Positions 1-14,533 of a stretch of DNA of 64,000 nucleotides are shown here, in pieces; the first letter of the stretch is position 1; every line of letters starts with the position of its first letter. This DNA comes from Marsupella aquatica (taxonomy: Eukaryota; Plantae; Marchantiophyta). The position numbers were made by a program, and so were the translations under genes. Under the pieces are notes generated by a model. The model saw only the letters and a list, made by a program, of their open reading frames with translations. It did not search any database and was not told the DNA's origin. Location: the NCBI GenBank assembly GCA_973895155.1, contig OZ316892.1, positions 2,421,223-2,485,222 on the forward strand, written 5' to 3'.

Positions 1-511
1 CGGTGTCGACCTAATCAATCTTGACATATTTGTTTCCTCCTCTCAATCGGGAGCAAAGCTTGTGTACAGTCGATCCCGGCTCGATAGGCGCAGTTCGTGG
101 AATTGAAGTGGTCGCGCCACGAGAAGGCGATGACGGAGTGATCGAGATTCGGCCAGCATAGTAAGCGTCAGTGGATTGAATTGGAAATTGGGCACTCGCG
201 TTCTTGCAGAGAGGGTAAGGGAGCGGCATGAGGACGTGAGCATCATCCTCCGCGAGGGGAGGGCTGCTTGTAGGGTTAGTTCCGGGAAGACGTAGACTAG
301 TACTGGAATTTCGCGAAGAAGGACATCCGGACAAGGGTTTGGGCCGGGGTCGAGAATTCTTGAATTGGAGATAAACGCCCTGCCGACGACGGGAATTATA
401 GAGCGCAGGTTTTAGGTCCGTATTGCATTGTAATGTTTATCTCGCTGCAGTCAATTTATGGTAGCACTTCGCTCCAGGGGTTCGGACTCTGTCAATTTTC
501 TAGGCGGATGT

Positions 512-522
512 AGTTTAGGGTT
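512..522. promoter_or_regulatory. Telo-box-like element (TTTAGGGTTT) upstream of the SLU7 ATG
   Basis: gtttagggttt about 160 bp before the start codon; telo-boxes are common in plant RNA-processing and translation genes. Confidence 0.4.
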
Positions 523-675
523 TTAATAGCCATTCGGAACTCCAGTTTGTTCCGTCTGGACTTTGAGTGAATTGCATTTCTCCTTGCCCGCCTCATTTTT
601 TCTTGCGATTTCTCCTCTCCAGGCTTTAAATCGGAGGTATAGGAGGATAGCGCAGACACAGAAGGAGGAAAAGCC

Positions 676-3600
676 ATGGCGACTGCATCAGCGGCATTCA
701 AATCCCGAGAGGATCACAGGAAACAGTTGGAGTTGGAGGAAGCTCGGAAGGCCGGGCTCGCCCCAGCCGAGCTCGATGAGGATGGCAAGGAAATCAATCC
801 TCATATTCCACAGTATATGTCCTCAGCTCCATGGTACCTCAACGCCGAGAGACCAGTAAGCCTTCCTACCATCATCTCACAGCCATGACTCCAACACATG
901 TGACCAAGGAATAAAAAATATGAGTCGCCATATTATTGGAAGGACTGGCGAATTTGAGAGGATTTTGATTCCCGAGAATAAGTTTTCGTGTTTTCTACCA
1001 TTCATTGCGTAACTCGATGATTTCATATGTCGCTTACAGAGTTTGAAGCATCAACGGAAATGGAAGTCCGACCCGAATTACACCAAGGACTGGTATGACA
1101 GAGGTGCGAAAGTCTATCAAGCAGAGAAGTTTCGCCCAGGCGCATGCACGAAGTAAGTTCTAATAGTCCTTGTTCAGATGGCTTTCATTAATTTTGTGGC
1201 TGGATTGGGGAGCTGGTAGATTAGGGTTTGGTACCTTGTTTTACTCCTAAATGTGAGCGCTAGTCTATATGAAAGACATCCATGTGTGTATAGAGACCAA
1301 ATATCGTCAGATATAAATGGTTGCGTTTGAAGCATATGACTCATTAAGGGGATATATTCGGTATCTTAATCATTTAGGCATGGTCGGTATTAGAGAACAT
1401 CCATTGATTTAATTTATCGATTACATTCCGGATGTCTGTTTTGTGTAGCTGCGGTGCTATGAGCCACGATGTGAAGGGTTGTATGGAGAGACCCAGACAG
1501 ACTGGGGCAAAGTGGACTAATAAGCGGATTGCTGCTGACGAGAAGGTCGAGATTTTTGAGCTGGACTACGATGGCAAGCGTGATCGCTGGAACGGTTATG
1601 ACCCTGCAACGTATGCACGGGTGATAGACACCTACGAAATGCGGGACGACGCCAGGAGAAAGTATCAGAAGGAGGAGCAGATGAAGAAGCTGGAGATGAA
1701 AAATGCGGTTCCGGAAAAGGAGAGAAAGGAAGGGGAAGACAGCGATGATGATGGGGAGGAGGAGGATGATGATGCGGATGTTGATGAAGCGAAGGTTGAT
1801 GAGTCAAAGCAGATGGATTTCGCAAAAGTGGAGAAACGTGTTAGAACTACTGGCGGTGGAAGTACTGGAACTGTCAGGTGAGGTCCCTTAAGTCGTAAAC
1901 TCTGTGGCCTGTTTGCTCTTTTCGTTTGCATTTCTTCAAAACCTTCGGTTACGATCATAGTGAATGTCTGAGAAGTGCGTTTAATGATCGTAGATTCCGA
2001 CGACGGTTGTTTTCCGTGGTGATGATTCTTCTCTATTCTGATATGTTTTGTCTCGCGTCACAGGAATCTTCGTATTCGGGAGGACACAGCAAAGTATCTG
2101 CTGAATTTGGATACAAATTCTGCATATTATGACCCCAAAACCCGGTCAATGCGAGAAGATCCACTTCCAGAGACAGATCCTAATGAGAAATTTTATTCTG
2201 TGAGTCTAACTACTTTGCATTTCTTGGAGACTCGGATTATCTTCCAGATTTGCAGTTTAACGATTCTTCTTGTGGCGCAAGGACTAATTGATTTCCAACT
2301 GTGTCATACAGGGAGACAATCAAAATCGTGTTAGTGGGCAAGCTCAGGAGTTCAAACAGCTGAACATTCATGCTTGGGAGGCTTATGAGAAAGGACAAGA
2401 CATTCACTTGCAGGCTGCACCGTCACAAGCTGAGCTTCTTCACAGGGAATTTAAAATCAAGAAGGAGAAACTCAAGACTCAAACCAAGGAGGACATATAT
2501 GAGAAGTATGGAAATGCTGCTGCAGAAGAAAGGCCACCTATGGAGATATTGCTAGGTCAAACAGATCGACAAGTCGAGTATGATAGAGCAGGCCGGATTA
2601 TCAAGGGGCAGGAGAAGGCAGTGGCAAAGAGTAAATATGAGGAGGATGTTTTCATCAACAATCATACAACAGTATGGGGTTCGTGGTGGAAGGACGGGCA
2701 ATGGGGTTACAAGTGCTGCAGGTCATTTGTGCGTAATAGCTACTGTACTGGGCAAGCTGGTATTGAGGCAGCTGAAGCTTCTGCTGAGTCAATGCGAATC
2801 AATCTTGAGAAGAAAAGTGCACTTCAGGGTATGTCTTTGTCGATTCTGTTTTGCTGATCCTTGACAGCCCGTTACAGGAATTATCCTCTCGGGGACTGAT
2901 AAAAATGAACCTTATTTTCCTTGGTCACGGATGTTATTGCAACTTCAAGATGCGCTTCATGACAGGTCTGGCTAAAATTTCCTGTTGTATCTCTGTGTCA
3001 GCAAGGCTCCCCATTCTACAGATCTTTAGTACTATCAATATGTTTCTTCCAATTCGTCTTCAGCGGAGATTTAGGGGTCGTTGGGGATATGATTGTAGTC
3101 CTAATATATTTTCTGCTGGTGCCCTCCCAGAAAAACCAGCACAAAGAGAAGAGAAGAATGCGGCAACCTGGGGAAGTGAGGTCGCGGATGACATAGTGCT
3201 AGATCAAAAGAAGTTGAAAGCAGCACTGAAGAAGGTTTGTTGTCTGCAACCGACTGTTTAGAATGGATGAAATATAATTTTGGCTCGAGAACTAAGTACT
3301 ATTCCTTTCTTTATCAACGCTGCAGTGTGTCAGTTTCCTGTATGGCCTTCAGCGTAGTCTCGGTAATCTGTTGAAAGCGAAATCTTTGTGGGTGTTACTA
3401 CTTCACTACAAACAGGACTGCCACCAATCAGAGTCTGGTATCCGACAGATGCATGCGATGAGAAATTAGATAGAGACAGCTGATCTCCTTGCAGGGATGA
3501 GGACACTATCTGGTGGGAACCTATCTGATGGTCTCGTGTCATGTCTTGGGAATCCAGAAGTGGATGGTTACAAAGTTGAGATTGAACTAGGGGTGCTTTT

Positions 3601-4306
3601 TTCACTGTATGTGAGATGGGGAAAAATATGGAAACACCATATCTCCGTGTAAAGATGACGACACTATCTAGCAAGGATTTTGGTGATGCATGGCCGCGAG
3701 GTTCATATGGTGGTTGTGCGTGGATTGTAGCTGTGATCTTGACCGGGGCCCGTACCATTCTATTTACTATGCATACTAGCTCTGAAAGTACATAGCATTG
3801 TTCATCGCTCAGATTTTCGTCGTGTACCCTATTCATGAGTTTCTGTCTAGTCAGGTTTCAGTCTCTCGAGGTTGGAATGAACTTGCATTTCTCCAGCATT
3901 GCACGTCGTCTACTGACTGTTGCCAGGACAAAGTATTGTTCGCTTATTATGACACTCAGACGAGACATTGTGGTGCAAATTGTGCAGGAGGATGAGAGGT
4001 TGAAAGAAGAGAAGGATGAACGCAAGCGAAAGTATAATGTAACGTACTCAGATGAGGTATGTGACATTTTCAGAACATCCCAGATCTTCTGCCTAGCAAG
4101 TAGTTGTACACATTTCGGAGTACTTGGGAAAGTATAGCCGATCTTGCTAGGGTCAACTTGCGTTGCACATATAATCATATGCCTGTTTCCAGTGGTTGAT
4201 TGTACGCTGCTGTTGACCGTATTGTCTGTAGGTTACGCAAGAGGACATGGAGGCCTACAGAATGAAGAAGGTCCACTTTGATGACCCCATGAAGGACTTT
4301 CTATAG
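676..4306 (+). CDS. SLU7: Pre-mRNA splicing factor SLU7, 8 exons (676-855, 1040-1152, 1449-1877, 2064-2199, 2312-2828, 3131-3234, 3988-4056, 4232-4306)
   Basis: [55 protein letters not shown] start; zinc knuckle [14 protein letters not shown] across intron 2; [29 protein letters not shown] and [15 protein letters not shown] motifs; ends [10 protein letters not shown]. All introns are GT-AG and in frame. Confidence 0.96.
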
Positions 4307-4749
4307 ACGGAAGACGTGTTGAAACTGGTGGAGTTCTGCTTTGCTGGTCACGGAGGACGGAGTTAATTGGGCATGAACACAAGCGTGTTGCACCCCGGAT
4401 CCTCAACAAGGTTGCGGGATTGCAGGGCAACCAGTGTGTTTTATGTCAATATCGACTGCAATGAGGTTCCACCCATTCCAGTGAGGAGCAGGACCTCAAG
4501 CAATTTTAGTTGCGATCCTCTCTTCTGTATTATCATTCCTGAAGTATATATTCGTTCCTCTCTCCGGATCCAACGGCAGGTGTCGTCCAAATGGCTCGGG
4601 CTCGAGTTCCCGGATAAGTCCATCCCAAAAGGTACTTGCTGTACAGGAAGAGTCACTAAGGTGCTGGACGTTACAGCTGGCAGGAAGCCAACGAGCATCA
4701 TTGAGTAAAAGGCCATGAATCTAAGCCAATAAATGTTTGATATTGGCCT

Positions 4750-5550
4750 TCGTTTGAAGATTTAACTGGTGCCAGATGTTGCTGCAACCAGGAGCATTGT
4801 AAATTTTGGGACTCACAGTTTCTCTCCTTTTCCAACACATCCAGCCTCAGTACTCTCCCCTGCAACCCTTTATAAAACAGACGTCCAGCTCTGGTATCAT
4901 CAAACGCGAGCACTGTAGAGTTTGTTGGCCTGATCTGTCTCGGAGTGAGGTTTATCCATTTTTAAGGGGAGCAGCAGTGTGGCCACTGAGTGTATGGCCT
5001 CCGACTTCAGCTATGATCTAGGTGATAGTAATCTTTTCCAACGGTGGTGGGAATTAAAGATGCTCCGAGTAGGTTTAGAGTAGTTCTTTCATTGGAATTA
5101 CTAGAGTGGTGGGATTTCCCAGTTACTGAGGAGTAGGATAAGTGAATCTTTCCCCCTGCATTAATTGTGTACACTGAGAATGCCTTCTTGTTGCTCCGAA
5201 TCCAGGGAGTGGAGCATGTACTGTGGGAGTCCGTTGAACGACGTTTTCCACCATGATCAATAGCATCCCAAAGAAATTGTGATACTGCGTTCACCGTTTG
5301 ACAAAGCCCTTACTCTTCTCTAAACTGTATCAGGAGACATTCTACAAAAACAAGAGTAAGGTAGAGGCTGAACATCAGCACAGCCCTTAAGGCCTCACTT
5401 GGCCCGATGCAAAATCTGGTGGATAATTCCAAAATGTTCTCAAGAAAGGAAAAACTTACTCTTTTATCCTCTACAAACCTGATGGCCAGTGGCGGTTTAA
5501 GAGGAAAAGGATAGCCGCCACTTAGGGATCTCAGGTCAGTTCAGCTCTCA
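4750..5550 (-). mobile_element. Possible highly decayed LINE (RT C-terminal) remnant
   Basis: Minus-strand fragments 'SQFLWDAIDHGGKRR' and 'LEKERNC' resemble the FLWG..GRR and W..RN motifs of the better-preserved LINE at 46 kb; many stops. Confidence 0.25.
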
Positions 5551-6566
5551 CGGCATAGGACTGCCCAAGTGTAACTCAATGTCATCGTTTGGTTTGCAAT
5601 TTTTACACCAGTCTAACTCAATCTCATGGGTTGGTTTGCAATTTGAACACAGTTTGCGCGTCGCTTTGTCATATAAAAATAGAAAACCCGGAGTTGAAAA
5701 TTTTGTGCATCGCTCTTCATATAATAAATCGAAAATCTGGAGTTGAAAATTCTGGGCACCTCATCTCGCACAATGTGTCCCTAACCAAGTCCAATATGCA
5801 TTTGTAAACGTGGGGAACTACGGTCACTCTAAAAACCACCAAGTCTACCGTGCGAGGTGCTGTAGTCCATAACCAACATGCAGATGGAAACATACATCTT
5901 ATCGTCGTCAGTAAAGTACGTCCAGACCGTTGGTTCTGCTGAGACTCATAAAAGAAATTAACGCAACCATTTGATCCACCTTGTCACTCTTGAAGAGGCT
6001 GTCGAGGGGACATGTATTAACGACATTCAAACAAACTCTTGAAAATGGGACAAACATCCTGAATTCCTGACTTGATATGTATGAATGCCGACACGCAAAG
6101 TTTTCAACGGACGAGGAGATTTTGCCGATTGCTGCCAGTTTGCTGTCAATTTGCCGATTGATGTAAAGCCAGTGATTCCAAAAAATGAGCAATACCCTTA
6201 ATTACTTGAATTACACTGACGGCAGACTTACCTTCTAGACTAAGTATATCCGATTCAGTACCCTGAAAGCACTCAAGCTGTCCAAAGAGTTCCCGAAAGA
6301 CTGCTCCTACCCAACGTTTGTAAACTTGGGTGCCATTGACATCCTTAAGAGTCCAAAATTTAAAGCCGACTAAAGGCCTTAATAAGAGGTTTGAAAGGAA
6401 CAGCTGACAGATCTCAACAAGCCAACTGATACAGTCCAAACGAAGGCTCCCAAGATGAACGAAAAGCATTCATGATATTCACCTGCATAAGGTTGCATGA
6501 AACCTTACATTACCCTCTCTATCATATGGCGCATTCATCAAAGGAAGAACCAAAAAGGATCCGGGC

Positions 6567-8200
<1,634 letters not shown>

Positions 8201-8280
8201 CCTGTGGATTACTACTGGGTTAAAATCATGGCAAAGCCACAGCTTCCGTACCACAAGTTGACAGACTCCGAGTGTAGAGC

Positions 8281-8412
8281 AGAACCCGGTCCCTGGATTG
8301 ATGGAATTAGATGAAGGTTTTCGTGGGCTGTAAAGATTGTAAATAATACAATTGCTTAGTAGGAGAAGGATTGCAGTAGATGTGGTAGGAAAATATCCAG
8401 GGACCGGGTTCT
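8281..8412. mobile_element. Small inverted-repeat (MITE-like) element
   Basis: Perfect 18-bp inverted repeat: AGAACCCGGTCCCTGGAT (8281-8298) and ATCCAGGGACCGGGTTCT (8395-8412). Confidence 0.5.
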
Positions 8413-9370
8413 CTCATAGTGGACGCAAAGTTTAAGATTCTCTCCCAGAGAACCTGCCGGCCCACTTTGTTTGACAATGTTCTTGTAAAAGAGTTTACCA
8501 CACATTCCAGGGCCTTATAACACTGTGGTTGGTCTAATAAAGTTAATTGTGTAGTGCATGGATCACACAAGCATTGACTGGTACCTTTGGTGGGCCCAAA
8601 AATCCATTGGGAAAGAAATTAGTAGTTTGGTCCATCACAAGAAGAAGTTTAATCTGAAGATCACAAAGGATTTGCTTGACGGAACCCCAAAATGAAACCT
8701 GTTATTTGATAGAACCCCTAAGTGATCGGGACTTTTATAGAACCCCTAAGTGATCCAGACCATTGATTGACCTTGTTTTAATGTACCCAAAACTTGAGTG
8801 GTCCTATCAAGAAAGGCAATCATTGTGGGGTCCCATCAAGCACTAAATATATTTATGGAAAACATGTGCGCCGGTTTACTCCGGAGTTGCACTAAGTACA
8901 TTTCTCGAAAACAAGCTCCACTAATTAAAATATATTTCTGGAAAACATGTGAGGGAGTTTCCTCTGGAGTTGCATTTCTCAAACACATGTTGTGAGAGGT
9001 ATTTGTTTGATTAACCCTAACATGAAACTTGTTACTTCATGAAACTTGTTACTTGATGGACACCCTGAGGTCTATCAACGGTCCAGATCTGAGATCGAAA
9101 GGTCCATCAAGGGTCCAGATTGTGAAAAAGTAAAGGGGGGGTTGATTAAGCAAACTTTTTCCTGAACGGGGTACACTAAGCATATCTCTATGTTGTGAGG
9201 GATGACTTTTTGTTCCCTCCTTTTCAAGTTTATAAACCGACCATGGAGTATTTTTGGCGGGATCGCAAAAGCAGATTGCGCTAACTGAAATGGCAGCACG
9301 GAGCAATTAATCTAGAGGAATCAAGAGCGCAAGAGATCGGAGCTTGCTCGAAGAATCTCGAAGCTGTTCC

Positions 9371-9780
9371 AACAAGCTCATGCTCAGTTGACAACCTTTC
9401 TGATTTTTGCAACATCTCAAACACCTTCGTGATCGTCCTCTCTCCATTTTCGTCTATCAAGAGGCGAATTGAGAAGAAAATGAGTCGGTGAGGTTCTGCA
9501 GCGATGGAGTATGATATGCTCGATTCCCCCACACAGGCGGAGGAGCTTGCTCGAAGAAGATCGGAGCTGTGGACGCATCGAGTGATTACAGTACTGGGCT
9601 AACAAGTTGATGCTCACTTGACAACCTTCCTGATTTTTGCGACATCTCAAAAACACCTTCGTGATCGTTCTCTCTCCATCGTTGTTTCTCAAGAGGCGAA
9701 TTGAGAAGAAAATGAGTCGGTGAAGCTCTGCGGCCATGGAGGATGACCTGCTCAATTCTCCCACGCACAGGAGGAGCTCC
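9371..9780 (+). repeat. Tandem duplication (~232-bp period) of the SWC6 5' leader and first codons
   Basis: aacaag..atgctca.ttgacaacc...tcaagaggcgaattgagaagaaaatgagtcggtga...atggag occurs twice, with ATGs at 9504 and 9736. Confidence 0.9.
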
Positions 9781-10296
9781 AAGAGAGCCAAGAAGATTGG
9801 AGTCAAGGTCGGAGCTGTGCTCGCTGACCCCAACGTCCGCGCACAAGCCTCGCGAGACCGCCTCGAAGCCCTAGAAAGTGATCATGTCACTCCAGAGCCG
9901 ATTGACCTCGATGACGACGATGAGGACGCTTCGCTGGACGAGGACGATGGAGCTGAAGACGCTTTCAGATTGAAAACGAAGAAAGCTCCCAAGAAGAGCA
10001 CGAGACGGAAGACTCGGAGAGCGGAGGCCATGGAGAGGAGCGAGATCAGCAAAAAGGCGCCACGAACGTTTCTGAATTTGATCCAGGAGGCGAATATTGA
10101 GGAGACGGTGCCCACTAATGTGCCAACGTACTTGAGGGCTGCTGTTGGGCCACCGAGTTCCGCTGCTCGACGACATTTCTGCTCCGTTTGTGGTTACCTT
10201 GCGCCGTACACTTGCACGAAGTGTGGCACACGGTTCTGCTCTTGCCGTTGTAAGGTAGTTCACGATGACACCAGATGCCTCAAATTCATAATGTGA
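9736..10296 (+). CDS. SWC6: SWR1 complex subunit 6 (SEF/Vps71/ZNHIT1), single exon, 186 aa
   Basis: RLEALESD, acidic tract, PTYLRAAVGPPSSAARRHFCSVCGYLAPYTCTKCGTRFCSCRCKVVHDDTRCLKF zf-HIT C-terminus. Confidence 0.95.
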   Translation: MEDDLLNSPTHRRSSKRAKKIGVKVGAVLADPNVRAQASRDRLEALESDHVTPEPIDLDDDDEDASLDEDDGAEDAFRLKTKKAPKKSTRRKTRRAEAMERSEISKKAPRTFLNLIQEANIEETVPTNVPTYLRAAVGPPSSAARRHFCSVCGYLAPYTCTKCGTRFCSCRCKVVHDDTRCLKFIM

Positions 10297-10449
10297 TCGG
10301 CACCATGGTTATCCTGCGTCTCGACATATTTTGGAGGGAGAGGGGCCGACAATATAGCGACTTATGTTAATATGCCACATCTTGTAAGAAGAGTCTCCAG
10401 AACTTCTGGGTTACTTGTAAATGCGAGCGTTGTCTCTTTGAAGAAAAGC

Positions 10450-11760
10450 TCTCTCCAAAACTCTCGAGGATCAGCAAGGCGGCGGAAGAGATACGGTGGC
10501 GACATCACAATGCTTTGAGAAAGCTCGGCACTGCTGCTGCGGAGTTGATGGATGGTATTGAAGCTCGCGAATGCTGTTGGTGAGGTTGAAGGCCTCTGTC
10601 TTGACAGCAGGCCTGGATTCGGGCAACATTCGTCTCTCTTTACTCCGCTAGGTTATTCCATCCTGAGAATTACCTTGCGAACTTAAGTTTGTTGTCGAAA
10701 ACACATTCTTGCTGTGTTGCAAGTGTGTTGAACTCCGCCACGCAGGGGATTACCAAATTCAGGAACACCGTTGGAGATTTTGCTCTACAGATTCTTGTGC
10801 TAGGCATCGATCTGTCCAGCAATTGGAGTGAAAACTCATATTTAAGTGTTCGGCAGCCTATGACCATCCAGCATGAAGTCCTTGCCATGGTCCATGGAAG
10901 AGAATCACGTCTCCCAGTTTTACAGAGAGTGAGAAACATCGTGAATTCTTGAGGTATCAGCACATCCGCTTTTCTGATCACCTGTCAGTTCTCCCATCTC
11001 GAGTGCATAGAAAATCTAGACGAATCTGATGTGGAATCCGGTACCAAACGCATTCATATTTCATCGAGTTCATTTATTAAACTCAATGAGATCGCTTTCA
11101 ACGCAGTTACAGAGTCAGATATAGCTCTTTCACACTCTGTCTCAGTCACTGGACTCTTGATTTATTCATACAATTTCTCTCTGGCTGATGGATTTACCAG
11201 TCTTGTAAGGACCTCCAGGGTGAAAAAATGTACAGAGAGGTTGGTTTTGCAGTTCCAGGATATCTAAAGGAGCTCGGGGAAGAATGTAATTGGTGCACCC
11301 CTAAATTTAAAATTCTAAACGTACATAAATTGACTTTTGTGATCCATTGAATGACTTTGCAGTCCACTACGCTCAATCTGTTGATAGCAATAGCCCTAGT
11401 TTCAGAATACCTTGGAAGCGGGGACATTTGAGGAAGTCGACATAATATCCTTCCAGTGGCCGTGGCGATGGCTGTGTTCTCGAGCAAGCTGATATGACAT
11501 CGATTAGTTTGGGCTGTTGGAACTGGATGAGCACAAAGCTATTACAATTCAATGATACCAAGGTCTGAACCTTCACTGAGTCAAAGAAAGCTTATCCATC
11601 AAATCTAACATCGTTTCACAGAAATCCTCAAATCGAGGCAATTGTATTCTTCACAAATCTGCATCTTTTGACCATCCGTGACACAGAATTGATATCATTC
11701 GGGGTATTAGAACTTTGGGTGTAGCTCAATGGATCGAGCAGTCTTTGGAAATCATATGAG
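10450..11760 (+). pseudogene. Possible decayed RNI-type LRR gene fragment
   Basis: Broken frames give LRR-like spacing (ALSHSVSVTGLLIYS; LTIRDTELISFGVLELW*LNGSSSL). Many stops; family not securely assigned. Confidence 0.25.
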
Positions 11761-11862
11761 TGAATCAAGAGTCCGTTCCATGGTATTTTTCGAGCTCTTG
11801 CAGTCTATGGAAATTATGTGACTGAATCAAGAGTCCGTTCCATAGTACCGTTTCGAGCTCTC
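11738..11862. repeat. ~62-bp tandem duplication
   Basis: gcagtct.tggaaat.at.tga.tgaatcaagagtccgttccat.gta...tttcgagctct occurs twice. Confidence 0.8.
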
Positions 11863-13529
11863 ATTTTCGACTTTCAGTACTTTCAGTAAGGAGATCCTCC
11901 ACCGATCACCCAGTGTCAAATTGATCTCCTAGATTAAATCGAATTCGTCAAGGACTTCTGCAGTCGCCTCTATAGGGGATAAGAGTATTCCTTATATAAT
12001 TCTTAGATTGGTCGCTGACGTTAGCTTTCTAGATTTATTGCTAGATTCTGATTGATGGGGTCTGTAGCTAGGTGGAAAACTGGCTAGTGTAAGACAAAAA
12101 AAACCGTACTATAGTTCTAGTTTTGAGAAAAGTGGTGAAAACTTTTAAGCCAAGTGGAATCTAGCCAGTTTTGCCACTATAAAAAAATGCTGCATGGCAG
12201 TCCACTAGAGGGGGATGGACTACTACTGTAGTGGTTTTGGACCTGACCGACAGCGGGAGCTCCGGGTAGCCTGTCGAAATCAACTTTTTTTGGGGCTGCC
12301 TAGAAGATCAGCTTCTTATCCCACCCCATCTTGTCCAGTTCATTTTTTGTCTGGAACCGAAAACTTTACTGACGAAGTAGACTAAAGACTTTCGACTCCA
12401 GTTCGATCTGCCCGCCTTGACCCCAACGACTTGTCAGCAGGTGACGGGTTCACCGAACAACGAATATCTCCAGCCTGCCCGAGGATGAGCCTTGAAATCC
12501 TGAATGCTTTTGTGCTGCCCGCCGGCTCATATCGGAGTGGGATTGATTTCGTTCGCGTTGCCCGAATAATGAAGTGCCCGCATCCTCCGGAAGTTTCTCC
12601 TCCGTACTCTCGGTCTGCAGTCGATATCCCTTAACGGCGTCATTGCACCGTCCGTGTGACTACTTGTCGGGCACAGTCTTGACAAGTGTCAACTGATGAC
12701 TGTACGAGTGGTGCCCAGCGGCCGCATCCGGGTCCGGGCAGGGCCCTCCACACCTCTGTCAGATCTGTACGAGCCAGGATTGGATGGGACCCTTGCAAAG
12801 AATATACTACCATATCCCTTATCCCCCCCCCGGGCTCCCGAGTCCCCTGCCCCTGCCCGATGGCTCTCACCTGTTACACCGTGGTTGCCCGAACCGGCCT
12901 GCCCGCCTCTTCCTCAATGGCAATGGAGGTGGCAATTTGATTTTTTCTTTCAGTTCCCACTTAGTCTTATTGTCACTAAAAATGTTCCAAATTATAATAG
13001 ACCTATCCCTATATTCATGCTTTGTTTGATGCTTGTTTTTGTGCATCTTTGGATCACAAATTCAACATATCTGCAAACTTGCTTAACTAGGGATGACTGG
13101 TGACCTATTTTGACAATGTGGCACAACATGAACAAAGGAGGAAGAAAGGAAATATATGCATGTGAAACTTTTCTGGCCACCAAATCTATGGAAAGAGTGT
13201 GTCTCATAGCCTTAAAGGAAGAAATGAATTCAGGCCAGAAAATTCAGAAAAGGAATCTTCTCAGCATCTTCTCCCTCACCCAAGATGTCATTCCCCACTT
13301 TGTAAAAAAGAAAATACTTTAAAATGACGCCGGCAGGTACCTCTTGTCCCGGGCAGGAAACACAGAAACACATTTTTTATTATTATTGCTTGGGCCCCAT
13401 AATCCTCCCCCCCAAAATTCACGCACCAGATCACACCCTCGATTTCGCCACCTCAACCCGATCTGACGGCCAGAGAATAAGCAGAGCGTTGAAAAACGCC
13501 CTCTCGAGAAACTCCGCAACTCCACGATC

Positions 13530-13823
13530 TCTCTCTCTCTCTCTTCTTCCCCCTCCACTTCTTTTCTCAGTCAGCATTGCCTCCTCTCCTCGTCGACCGT
13601 CGGTGCCGGGTAAGTCGCATTCTCCAACCCCACCCACCGCCTCAATCTCCGCTTGAGAGTCTATGAGATTCGCTGCTCTCTCTCCCTCTCTCAATTCCCC
13701 ATTCTCACTTCTTTTCTCAGCACCATTTCCTCCTCTCCCTGTCGCCCATCGTTGCTGGTAAGTCGTTTTCTGGAACCCCACCCACCACCCAAATCTGCGC
13801 TACCCAAGTCTATGAGATTCGCT
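13530..13823 (+). promoter_or_regulatory. Duplicated CT-rich 5' UTR exon of TPT, each copy with a GTAAGT donor (13610, 13758)
   Basis: cttttctcag...cctcctctcc...ggtaagtcg...aaccccacccacc...agtctatgagattcgct occurs twice with a ~148-bp period. Confidence 0.7.
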
Positions 13824-14533
13824 GGATTATGGGTAGGAAAGGGCAAGAATAGCGTTTCACACAGTACTCGCTGGGTTTTCCATTCGGAGCTTGTCCGGAT
13901 GATGTCTATGAAGAGCTAAAATTTGCCTCAATTCTCGATAGTTTGCATGTCTAGTTGACATCCGCCAATTCTTCTGTCTGCCGAGGTTAGCTTCCCTTCT
14001 CAGTTTGGCGGGTCATGCGTCGGTGATTGGGAATGGACTGCTTGTGAGGAGGAACTTACGTTTATGGTGGAATTGTTCCGTGGCCACGTGCGTTTGAGTA
14101 CGGAAGTGAAGAATTTGGGTTGGGTTTTTTTTCGTGGAATGGAAGGAGAGTGTTGTTTTTGTGCGTGTTCTTGATGTAGCGATCTAGTCCAAGATCCGTT
14201 TAGCTGATTGCTGTGTTTTTGGTTTGGTTTGGCTTGGTTTGGTTTGTTTGGTTTAGTTTGATATGTGTTGATTGTATTTTATTGGATTGCATCGCTTGGT
14301 GGACCTCATCGTGCTTGGCTTGGCTGGGCTGAGCTGAGTTGTGTTGCGTTGTGGTGAGTGAGCTCTCTCACCTGAGTTGAGTTGCGAGGAGTTGAGAGAG
14401 GTGGTTTGTGTACCAATTGTCGAAGTAGCTGATTGTCATCGGTGGTGTTGCAGATTTGAAGGAGGTACAGGCAGAGGTAGGGCCGGCAGGAAGGAGGGGG
14501 GGGGTTGGGGCTCGTTGGTTTTGTGCAGCAGCA

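Noticed and set aside
11-334. Minus-strand ORFs divergent from SLU7 (one looks transit-peptide-like)
   Set aside because: Both frames stop within the window and have no recognisable domain; this may be the UTR of a gene outside the window.
3330-3836. 168-aa antisense ORF in SLU7 intron 6, and a sense-strand 'WPRGSY' motif reminiscent of apextrin ApeC
   Set aside because: No domain in the ORF; the ApeC-like words are in the wrong order and broken by stops, so probably chance.
14456-14533. ORF-track N-terminal extension of TPT
   Set aside because: It starts at TTG and spans a probable intron; ATG 14534 fits better.
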